Source of the DNA: Candidatus Binatia bacterium
GTDB lineage: Bacteria > Desulfobacterota > Binatia > HRBIN30
Length of the DNA: 64,000 bases
Direction: 5' to 3'
NCBI GenBank assembly: GCA_046327925.1
Contig: JAXLXM010000001.1
Coordinates: 555,316 to 619,315 of the forward strand
In this document: piece by piece, positions 47,953-55,456 of the stretch
Layout: each line of letters begins with the position of its first letter
How positions within the stretch are numbered: position 1 is the stretch's first letter
Made by a program: the position numbers and the translations under genes
Notes under the pieces: model-generated
What the model saw: only the letters and a program-made list of their open reading frames with translations
Database searches by the model: none
Told to the model about the DNA's origin: nothing

Positions 47953-49410
47953 CTACTGGTTCTCCTCGATCTTGTTCAGGTAGTCGGCGCCCGCGCGGGT
48001 CAGGCGGTAGCGCTGTTTGCTGCTGCGCGGCTTGTCCGGGATGGTCATCTCGAGCAGGCCGGCGGCGAGCAGCGGATTCAGGATTGCGACCCGGAAATGC
48101 TTCCGGTCCGCGACCTTTGCTGCACGCTGCAGTCGCTCTCGCGGGCTCGGCTCCTGTGCCGCTTCCAGGACGGCGATGACTTGGGACGTACTTGGGGGAT
48201 ACTTGGGGGGCACTTGGGGGGCACTTGGGGCCCACTTGGTCCCTGCTTGGTCCCCACTTGGTCCCGGTCGATTCGCCGCGGCCCGGACCGCGGGGTTCGG
48301 CCGGAAAATCGCGGTCGTGAAACCGTTGGTCTCCCAGACGGGCTCGGGGTAGCCACCCTCCCGCGCCTCGTCCCGGATCCGCTTGATGCCGGTGCCGGCC
48401 TTCTCGATGAAGTCGATCCGATGCAGGAGGTCGGCGATCAGCGCGTTGCGGCGGACGGCCTTGCGGCCAAGATCGGAAAGAGTCATGCCCTTGGGGAGTC
48501 CTCCGGGACTCACCACCTCGATGCGGTCGGTGTAGAGCTCCACGAAGACGTTGGCCCCGTCCATGAACCAGTCCCGGTGCATGACCGCGTTGATGATGGC
48601 CTCGCGCAGGGCCTTCATCGGGTATTCGGGGATGTCCTGCCGCTGCACGGCCTCGATCCGCCAGGCGGCGCGGGTGTTGCGCGCGACAAAGCGCATCGTG
48701 TCCTCGATGTCGGCCACGATGCCGCCGTCGAAGTCCTTGCGGTCGAGGATGTCCGCCTTGCTCGTTCCCTTCGCCAGGAGGCAGGTGATGTATCCCTGAT
48801 TGAAGAAATGGCGGACGTTTTTCGCGAAGAAGAGCACGCCGGCGTTGCGGAAGAGGAGTCTCCCTCCGGCCCGCTCGGCCACCTCGATGTTCACCAGCAC
48901 ATCTTCGGTGCGCGGGCGTCCGGTGATGCCCGAGAGCTCGAGCCAGGCTTTGTACTTCGCGCGGTCGAAGTCCTGCGGGTAGCGGAAGTGCGGGCAGGGC
49001 GAGAGATCGAAGCGGATCGCGCCCTCGGCTCGGAAGAAGTCGCGGATCTCGCCGCGCGAGAGCTTCTGCGTCACCGCGCCCTGACGCCAGAAGAAGCCCT
49101 CGCTGCACTGCACCGGCTTGGCGTCGCTCTCGTGGACCTGGACGACGAGCACCCGGCCCACCGGGCCGACCACGACCTTCACCGGCGGATCGCAGTTGCG
49201 CGCCATATCCTGAATGCGGGCGCGGAGCGCGTTCGTGTCCTTCACGCCGACCACGGCGCCATCGTCCCGCACGCCGAGCAGGATGCGGCCGCCGATCGTA
49301 TTGGCCAGCGCCACCATCTCGCGCGCCAGCGATCCGGAAAGGCTCTCCTTGAACTCCAGGGTCGTGCCTTCGCCTTCCTGGATGAGGATCGCGAGGTCGG
49401 CCGTCTTCAC
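47953..49410 (-). CDS. AlbA_2 (Schlafen-like) / HATPase_c_4 / C-terminal wHTH ATP-binding putative DNA-binding protein
   Basis: The GTG at 49410 overlaps the stop of the upstream helicase (GTGA). Motifs are EGEGTTLEFKESLS (AlbA_2 N-terminus), ...HRDW....NVFVELYTDRIEVVSPGGLPKGMT (HATPase_c_4-like), and a C-terminal ...KQRYRLTRAG wHTH-like tail. The stop TAG abuts the mod ATG. Confidence 0.75.
   Translation of the reverse strand: MKTADLAILIQEGEGTTLEFKESLSGSLAREMVALANTIGGRILLGVRDDGAVVGVKDTNALRARIQDMARNCDPPVKVVVGPVGRVLVVQVHESDAKPVQCSEGFFWRQGAVTQKLSRGEIRDFFRAEGAIRFDLSPCPHFRYPQDFDRAKYKAWLELSGITGRPRTEDVLVNIEVAERAGGRLLFRNAGVLFFAKNVRHFFNQGYITCLLAKGTSKADILDRKDFDGGIVADIEDTMRFVARNTRAAWRIEAVQRQDIPEYPMKALREAIINAVMHRDWFMDGANVFVELYTDRIEVVSPGGLPKGMTLSDLGRKAVRRNALIADLLHRIDFIEKAGTGIKRIRDEAREGGYPEPVWETNGFTTAIFRPNPAVRAAANRPGPSGDQAGTKWAPSAPQVPPKYPPSTSQVIAVLEAAQEPSPRERLQRAAKVADRKHFRVAILNPLLAAGLLEMTIPDKPRSSKQRYRLTRAGADYLNKIEENQ
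48179..48266. repeat. Eight tandem, degenerating 11-bp units (ACTTGGGGGGC-like) inside the AlbA_2-family gene
   Basis: Units read directly: acttgggacgt, acttgggggat, acttggggggc, acttggggggc, acttggggccc, acttggtccct, gcttggtcccc, acttggtcccg. The unit length is not a multiple of 3. Confidence 0.85.
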
Positions 49411-52400
49411 GCGAAAACCCCCTGGCGCGCGATGATCCCTTCCGCGTGGCAGAGCATCCGCAGGTCGCATTCTCCGCAGATCGCCGACTCGGGCGGTGTA
49501 GCGACCGCGAACTCACGCGCCTGGATGCGGCGCACGGTCTCGTCGAAGTGCCGCCCCGCCTCTTCCACCCGCGCCGGGTCGTAGGGCAGGGCCATCAGAG
49601 CATCCGCCTTGCGCGGCTCCGATGTCCAGTAGAGGAGCAGCCGATCCACGCGCCGGCCGTGGCGGCGCTCCAGGATGTGGGCGTAGGTGCAGAGCTGGCG
49701 CTCATAGGCCGCAATCAAGTCGGGGCTGTCCTTCGGCCGCGGCGAGGTCTTGAAGTCGAGCAGCTCGAGCTTGCCGCCTGCCTGCCGCGCCCGGCCGCTC
49801 TCGATCAGGCGACGCAGATATTTTCGGCCATAACCCGTCTTGAGATCCCTTTCGCGCTTGACCGCGTCTTCTCGCGATGGGTGCTCTTCGTAATGAGCGA
49901 TGCGAACGGGTCTGTAACGTGCGGTCCAATCAGCTCCTGAGCCTCGCAAATGCTCAGTCCAACGGCGATGGAGATCGTCTGTATGTCCGATGTAGTGACT
50001 GCCATTGTCGCATTCGATTACATAGACGAAAAAGACGCCCGGCCGCGGCGCAGGCAGGTCGCCGCCGAGCAAGAGGTCCACCTTGCCGGCGAGGATGTAG
50101 CCGTCCTTCTCCAGCGACACGTCCACTTCGGTCTCGATGACGCGGCGCATCTCGTCGCGGTTCTGGCGGAAGTAGTGCACTACCTGCGTGAACGCCGATT
50201 CCTTCGCCGCATCACCGATGGGCCGCACGTCGGAGAGGCAGAGGAAGCGGAACGTGCGCTCGAACAGCTCGCGGATTCGCGCCTCGTCGAGCGTGTCGAG
50301 CTTCCCGTCGAGGGCGATGCGGTGGATCTCCTCGATGGTCTGGTGCACGAGGAGCCCGAAGAAGATCACCGCCGAGCGGGACGGCGTGAAGTCGTACTCG
50401 CGGAAGAACTGGTACTGGCGCGGGCAGGTCTCGTAGATCTTGAGGTCGCCGGTGAAGCTGTAGGTCCGCTTGACCGGCATCCGCTCGCGCACCTCGAAGC
50501 GCTGAGCGGCAAGCAGCTCCTTCTGCACGTAGGGCCACTGCGGCAACCCCTGCCAGATCGGCGCGAAGTGGTCCTTGGGCGGCTCGTGCGCCGAGAGCAC
50601 GAGCAGCTTCTGCGGCCGCGAGAAGGCGACGTAGTGCAGGCGCATGCGGTCGAACAGCGTGATCCGGTTTTCGGGCTCGAAGGGCGGCCGGTGGTAGAAG
50701 TGGCCCAGATCCCGGTCGGTCTGCTTGGGGCTCCCGCGCTGGTTGCTCAGCGAGCCGACGACCACCACCGGGAACTCGAGTCCCTTGGTCTGGTGGATGG
50801 TCATGACCTGCACGTGGCCTTTGGGGAAGGGCTGGTCCGGGTCCTCGTACTCGTTGATGCCGCCGTCGTAGAGCAGGCGCAGGAAGCTGTTGAAGAAGTG
50901 CCACCGAAGGAACTCGCGGTTTCGGTGCGTGACCACCGTGTAGTGGTAGTAGCTCTGGAAGACGTTCAGGAGTTGGGAAAAGATCGCCAGGTTGCGGGCG
51001 GTGTTCTCGTTGTGCACCGCGCTCCGGAACGGGTCCAGCGCGAGCAGGTGGTATAGGTAGTCGGCCGGCCGCAGGTCGAGCGCCTCGCCTTCCTTGAGGC
51101 CCGCGATCTGCGTGACCCATCGCGCGAGCGACGCGGCGAGCGGGTGCGGGGCCCCGAAGCGGCGCCCGAGCTGCACGATCGCGTCGTCCACGTAGGTGGC
51201 CAGCTCCGCGACCGCGCCGGCCACCTGGCCGCGGCCCTCGCCGTGCCAGCCGAAGATGACCGCGAAGCACGCGATGAGGTCACGCACTTCAGGGATCTCG
51301 AAGTAGCCTCGGGCGCGTGGGCAGAACGCCGGGATGCCCCTGACTTCGAGGGCGGCGAGGTAGGGCCCGCTATGGTCCTCGCGAACGCTGTGCAGCAGGA
51401 GCGCCACCTGGCTGTAGTCCGCGATGACGTCGTTCTTCTTCAGGAAGGCGACGAGATCCGCGAAGCGGGCAGCCTCGTCACGTTGATCCTTGCCCCAGAT
51501 CGCGATCACCGACGGGTAGGTGGGATGCATGCCCGCCTCATCCGCCTCGATCGTTTTGTCGTAGCGAAAGGAGGCGCCGGTGCGGTTCGACCAGTCCGCC
51601 GAGGCCATCCAGCGGTCGTAGCGCTCGACGATGGCGCGGTGAGAGCGGTAGTTGGTGGTGAGCTTGAGCGTGTGGCAACCGGGCACGCGCTGCGGGAACT
51701 CGAGGATGTTGCGCACGGTCGCGCCGCGGAACCGGTAGAGGCTCTGATCCTCGTCGCCGACCACGCAGAGGTTGAGGCTCTTCTCCGTGAGCTTGAGGAG
51801 GACCTGCTCCTGGATGTAGTTCGTGTCCTGGTACTCGTCGACCAGGACGTACCGGAGATCGCGAGTCACCGCCTCCGCCGTGGCGGGGTCCTGGAGCAAA
51901 TCGAAGACCAGCCGCTGGAGGTGCGCGAAGTCCGTGCGGTTCGCGTCAAGGAGCGCGCGTTCGTAACGCCGGTAGGCGTCGCCGATGCAGCGGAGGAACA
52001 AATCGGCTGACGCACTGAGAAGCATTGGGTCCAACAGCTCCTCGGTAATCTTGTCGAAGTAGGCTCGCGCACCCTCGATGGCGGTCCAGCGCGTCTTCCA
52101 ACGGTGCAGGAAGAGGTCGTTCTCGGCCGGCCCCACGATTGCGTCGAAGTGCTCGAATATGAAGAGCAGCTGCGTCAGCTCGTCGAGCGTGTCGTAGCTG
52201 TGGCCGAGCTCCGTCCGATGCCGGTGCTGCGTGAGGATGCGATTGCAGAGGCTGTGGATGGTTGACGCCGTCAGCTCGGAGAGATCGCCCGCGTACCCGA
52301 CCTTCCGCGCAGCAGCGGCGAGGCGATCGCGCATCTCGAATGCCGCCTTCTCCGTGAAGGTGCAGAGGACGATCTGCCTCGGGTGCGCTCGCTCCAGCAA

Positions 52401-52553
52401 CAGGAGATTCAGGGCGCGGAGGACGATACTGAAGGTCTTGCCCGAGCCGGGGCCGGCGATGACGAGGAGCGGGCCGTCGAGGTGCCCGATGATTTCGCGC
52501 TGGACATCATTGAGGCGCGGGAAGTGCTCGGCGATTGCCCGCGCGAGCGTCAC
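49407..52553 (-). CDS. UvrD/Rep-family SF1 helicase fused to a Cas4/AddB-type Fe-S PD-(D/E)XK nuclease that carries a nested GIY-YIG domain
   Basis: Helicase motifs are VIAGPGSGKT (Walker A), VLVDEYQDTN, TNYRS and MTIHQTKGLEFPVVVV. The C-terminus has YETCPRQY...GKVDLLL...[GIY-YIG: FFVYVIECDNGSHYIGHTDDLHRRWTEH...REDAVKRERDLK]...ELLDFKTS...YERQLCTYA...CGECDLRMLC. The GTG start at 52553 overlaps the radC stop. Confidence 0.85.
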   Translation of the reverse strand: MTLARAIAEHFPRLNDVQREIIGHLDGPLLVIAGPGSGKTFSIVLRALNLLLLERAHPRQIVLCTFTEKAAFEMRDRLAAAARKVGYAGDLSELTASTIHSLCNRILTQHRHRTELGHSYDTLDELTQLLFIFEHFDAIVGPAENDLFLHRWKTRWTAIEGARAYFDKITEELLDPMLLSASADLFLRCIGDAYRRYERALLDANRTDFAHLQRLVFDLLQDPATAEAVTRDLRYVLVDEYQDTNYIQEQVLLKLTEKSLNLCVVGDEDQSLYRFRGATVRNILEFPQRVPGCHTLKLTTNYRSHRAIVERYDRWMASADWSNRTGASFRYDKTIEADEAGMHPTYPSVIAIWGKDQRDEAARFADLVAFLKKNDVIADYSQVALLLHSVREDHSGPYLAALEVRGIPAFCPRARGYFEIPEVRDLIACFAVIFGWHGEGRGQVAGAVAELATYVDDAIVQLGRRFGAPHPLAASLARWVTQIAGLKEGEALDLRPADYLYHLLALDPFRSAVHNENTARNLAIFSQLLNVFQSYYHYTVVTHRNREFLRWHFFNSFLRLLYDGGINEYEDPDQPFPKGHVQVMTIHQTKGLEFPVVVVGSLSNQRGSPKQTDRDLGHFYHRPPFEPENRITLFDRMRLHYVAFSRPQKLLVLSAHEPPKDHFAPIWQGLPQWPYVQKELLAAQRFEVRERMPVKRTYSFTGDLKIYETCPRQYQFFREYDFTPSRSAVIFFGLLVHQTIEEIHRIALDGKLDTLDEARIRELFERTFRFLCLSDVRPIGDAAKESAFTQVVHYFRQNRDEMRRVIETEVDVSLEKDGYILAGKVDLLLGGDLPAPRPGVFFVYVIECDNGSHYIGHTDDLHRRWTEHLRGSGADWTARYRPVRIAHYEEHPSREDAVKRERDLKTGYGRKYLRRLIESGRARQAGGKLELLDFKTSPRPKDSPDLIAAYERQLCTYAHILERRHGRRVDRLLLYWTSEPRKADALMALPYDPARVEEAGRHFDETVRRIQAREFAVATPPESAICGECDLRMLCHAEGIIARQGVFA

Positions 52554-53278
52554 AGGAGGCCGGCCTTTCGGAAGCTGAATGCGTCCTGCGCCGAGACGAT
52601 GAGGTGGTCCACGACGCGAACGCTGACCGCCTCGGCAGCCAGCACGATGGCACGGGTCAGAACCTTGTCCTGCTCGGTCGGCGCGACCGTTCCGTTCGGA
52701 TGGTTGTGGGCAAGGACAACGCCGAAGGCGCGGCGCCGCAGAGCGGCTTCGATCACGCGCCGCGGGTACACGGCTGCACGATCAATGGTCCCTTCTTCAA
52801 GCGTCTCGATACCGTCGCGCAGCAGCCGGTAGCCGGAATCGAGATAGCCGACCTCGAAGACCTCGTGCTGCAGCGCGCCGATGCGCATCCGCCAGAAGCT
52901 TGCGAGCCGGTCGGGCTCGGCCAGGACATCGCGTCCCTCGCCGCCCTGCTGAAGGTACAGGGTCGCGGCCGCCCGGATGACCCGCAGGGCCACGGGCGTG
53001 ACGCTCCCGATACCCGGCACGGCACGGAGTTCTTCGATGGGCGCATCGAGGATGTCGCGGAGGTTTCCGAAGCGGGCGATGAGATTCTTTGCCGGCCGCT
53101 TCACGTCGGAGCGGGGGATCGCGAGCGTTAAGAGCAGCTCGACCACCTCGTAATCCGCGAAGCCGTCCAGGCCGGACTTCAGGAAGCGGTCGCGGAGGCG
53201 CTGCCGGTGACCGAGGTAGCGGGGATCGTCATCGCTCATGTCCTGGCGCGTCTCGATTCCTGTCGGCGTGCGAATCAA
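52550..53278 (-). CDS. radC: RadC-family (DUF2466, JAB/MPN-like) protein
   Basis: HhH region ELRAVPGIGSVTPVAL and the C-terminal JAB motif VVLAHNHPNG. The start is either 53278 or the ATG at 53239 (MSDDDPRYLGHRQRLRDRF), the latter being closer to typical RadC N-termini. Confidence 0.85.
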   Translation of the reverse strand: MIRTPTGIETRQDMSDDDPRYLGHRQRLRDRFLKSGLDGFADYEVVELLLTLAIPRSDVKRPAKNLIARFGNLRDILDAPIEELRAVPGIGSVTPVALRVIRAAATLYLQQGGEGRDVLAEPDRLASFWRMRIGALQHEVFEVGYLDSGYRLLRDGIETLEEGTIDRAAVYPRRVIEAALRRRAFGVVLAHNHPNGTVAPTEQDKVLTRAIVLAAEAVSVRVVDHLIVSAQDAFSFRKAGLL

Positions 53279-53490
53279 TGGGCTGCGTCAAGGCCGCCGA
53301 ACTTCAGTCCGCCTCCCGAACGAAATCCGCTACCTCTATGTGTTTCCACGGGGTAGCGCTTTTCGAACGTATCGATTCCATAGGTCGAAACCGATGGCTC
53401 TATCAAGCGGGTAGGTGGCCGATGTGCATCCAGGCGCCGCCGTCCGGATGCCGGAACCGGCCTCGAGCAAGCGTGCGGCGCGGCGGTGGC

Positions 53491-54285
53491 TCACGCCGTG
53501 GGGCAACGGACGTGGATGCGAAAGAGATACAGGAATGAAAACACAGCGGCGGCACCGCCCGCCAGACCCCACAAGCCGTTGAGGATCCAGTACAGCAGGG
53601 GCGCAAGGATGGAATCCGTGGCGATGTTGGCGAAGCGCTCGACGATGCCGCCGTACCCGATGAAGAAGCAGACGTTGTAGAACTGCAGGGCGCCGCTGAG
53701 GCCAAAGAGGGCGAATGCCTGCGCGTCTCGGCCGCGCCACAACCGCACCAGCGCCGCGGCAATGGGAATGGCGATCACCCAGAACGAGAGTTCCGCCAGC
53801 ACAAAAAAGGGTGTCAGCCCCCCATAATCCAAATCGGACGAGAAATAGCCCCACCACCAAATGTAATAGGGCAGGCTGGCCTGTGTGTGCGCGACGTTCT
53901 CAAACGCCGACCGGTACACGACCGGAGGCACCTCCCAGATGAGAATCCACAACGACGAAAAACAAAACCAGTGGAGGATATAGCCCCGCCAGCACAGTTC
54001 CCGCGGATACGGCAGGAACAGCGGCGCGAAGATGATGACGGCGAGGACGGGGACGGCCGTCAGCCAGGCGGCGCGGGCGACGAAGATGACATCGAGATCG
54101 AGCGCGCGCGACAGGATCACCCACGCGACGAAGACCAGCGGCAGCGCGCCCAGCAAGGCAACCCCCTGAACGCGCCGTGAATGTCGCAGATGACGCGCCC
54201 CCAGGGTCATATCGAGATCCGTCGTCGCCGCGGAATGTGCCTCCCCGATCGACGACGGCGCTTGACTGATAGAACCGTACTGCAT
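53491..54285 (-). CDS. Multi-pass membrane protein, family not recognised
   Basis: 264-aa ORF with about 7 hydrophobic helices and many Trp/Tyr/Phe residues (YYIWWWGYFSSDLDYGG). GC is somewhat lower than the surroundings. The start is not resolved. Confidence 0.5.
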   Translation of the reverse strand: MQYGSISQAPSSIGEAHSAATTDLDMTLGARHLRHSRRVQGVALLGALPLVFVAWVILSRALDLDVIFVARAAWLTAVPVLAVIIFAPLFLPYPRELCWRGYILHWFCFSSLWILIWEVPPVVYRSAFENVAHTQASLPYYIWWWGYFSSDLDYGGLTPFFVLAELSFWVIAIPIAAALVRLWRGRDAQAFALFGLSGALQFYNVCFFIGYGGIVERFANIATDSILAPLLYWILNGLWGLAGGAAAVFSFLYLFRIHVRCPTA

Positions 54286-54399
54286 GGCGCCCTCCCCCTC
54301 TTACGGTCATTGAGCCAATGGAAAACGGCTCACTGTCATTGGCACAGGGGCATGTTCCCACGCAAGCGGTACCGCCGGGTCGGTTGCCGATGTGCCTGC

Positions 54400-54708
54400 C
54401 TATTCCTGCAGGAAAGTCTTGTCGTCGCGCACGGACATTTCCGCCCGCCCGAGTTCGTAGGCCACGTACGCAAGGTGGTCGCGATTGATGCCCCAGTTGA
54501 TCAGCATCTTGCGCAGACCGACGGTGTCGCCGCTGAAGGCGATGCGCGGCAGATCATCGACCATCACGGTCACCCGGCCGCACTTTCGATGCGGCAGCGC
54601 CTCGACGACGAAGCAATACCCAGCCTTGTCCTCCTCCCAAGCGTCGTTCGGTCCGATTTCCTCGAAGGTGAGGTCGGGGTACTGCTCCTTCAGCTCCTCA
54701 AGCTTCAT
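54400..54708 (-). CDS. Hypothetical 102-aa protein co-transcribed with the corrinoid-reactivation genes
   Basis: ATG ORF (MKLEELKEQYPDLTFEEIG...) overlapping the stop of the upstream gene by 11 nt. The amino-acid composition is balanced. No family is recognised. Confidence 0.45.
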   Translation of the reverse strand: MKLEELKEQYPDLTFEEIGPNDAWEEDKAGYCFVVEALPHRKCGRVTVMVDDLPRIAFSGDTVGLRKMLINWGINRDHLAYVAYELGRAEMSVRDDKTFLQE

Positions 54709-55438
54709 TGTTGGCGTTCCTTTCTCCCGGCTCGCCCGGGTGGCGTGCGCGGTCCTGGGGGAATTGGCGGACCGAGCAGTGTTCGAGGTCGCAGATGCGG
54801 CACGGCACCACTTCGGCGGCGGCGGATCCGCCGGGGACCAGCCCGATCACATTGAGCAGCGACTTCGCCGGCAGCATCATGAACTGCCCGTTCAATTCGA
54901 CCGGCAGACGGTGGCGGTCGAGATACGAGAAGAGGACGGCGGTGTCCTCCAACCGCCAACCCGTGTAGCCGGGCCCGTAGCGGATCGTCGTGCCGAAGCC
55001 GCGCACGCGGGCGTCGTTGCAGACCCGTTCACGGACGGCGGCCATCACCCGCGTCACCGCGGCCGATGCGCCGGCGTCGAGGGCCAGCGCTTCCACCATG
55101 GCGCCCGCGGCCACCAGACGTTGGATCTCCTCCATCACCGCGGCGCCCACGGTCGCCAGACAGATCCGCACGGCGGTGGCGCGGCGTAGAATCGCGGCGA
55201 GGCGGCGCCCCGATAACATGCGGCCGCCATCGAGGCGGACCGCCTCCACGGTCACGGCCTCGACGCGGACCTCGTGCACGCCCGCCCACGGCCGGACGAA
55301 CTGATCGAGCCGGCCGAGTTGGTCGAGGCAGATCTCGTGGACGGGCGCCGAGACGCGGGTGCGGTCCGGATACCCGAGGGCGCGGAAGAGCGCGTCCGCA
55401 TCGATTGCCAGCCCGCCTCCCTGGATCACCGTTTCCAC
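54698..55438 (-). CDS. Stand-alone methionine-synthase activation-domain-like protein (Met_synt_B12 family)
   Basis: ICLATVGAAVMEEIQRL...EALALDAGASAAV......YGPGYTGWRLEDTAVLFSYLD....PVELNGQFMMLPAKSL fits the pattern I recall for the MetH reactivation domain and its stand-alone homologs in corrinoid methyltransferase loci. Length is 246 aa. Confidence 0.65.
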   Translation of the reverse strand: METVIQGGGLAIDADALFRALGYPDRTRVSAPVHEICLDQLGRLDQFVRPWAGVHEVRVEAVTVEAVRLDGGRMLSGRRLAAILRRATAVRICLATVGAAVMEEIQRLVAAGAMVEALALDAGASAAVTRVMAAVRERVCNDARVRGFGTTIRYGPGYTGWRLEDTAVLFSYLDRHRLPVELNGQFMMLPAKSLLNVIGLVPGGSAAAEVVPCRICDLEHCSVRQFPQDRARHPGEPGERNANNEA

Positions 55439-55456
55439 CCCCGTCTCCTCCGCCCC

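Noticed and set aside
48179-48266. Whether the 11-bp repeats could be a CRISPR array or minisatellite outside genes
   Set aside because: The units are contiguous with no spacers. They lie inside a well-supported coding region. No CRISPR-like repeat-spacer structure exists anywhere in the window.
47561-49584. 651-aa minus-strand (47561-49516) and 495-aa plus-strand (48097-49584) ORFs overlapping the AlbA_2 gene
   Set aside because: Their composition is Arg/Gly/Pro-rich and they lack motifs. The chosen frame carries clear AlbA_2/HATPase_c_4 signatures and is translationally coupled to both neighbours.
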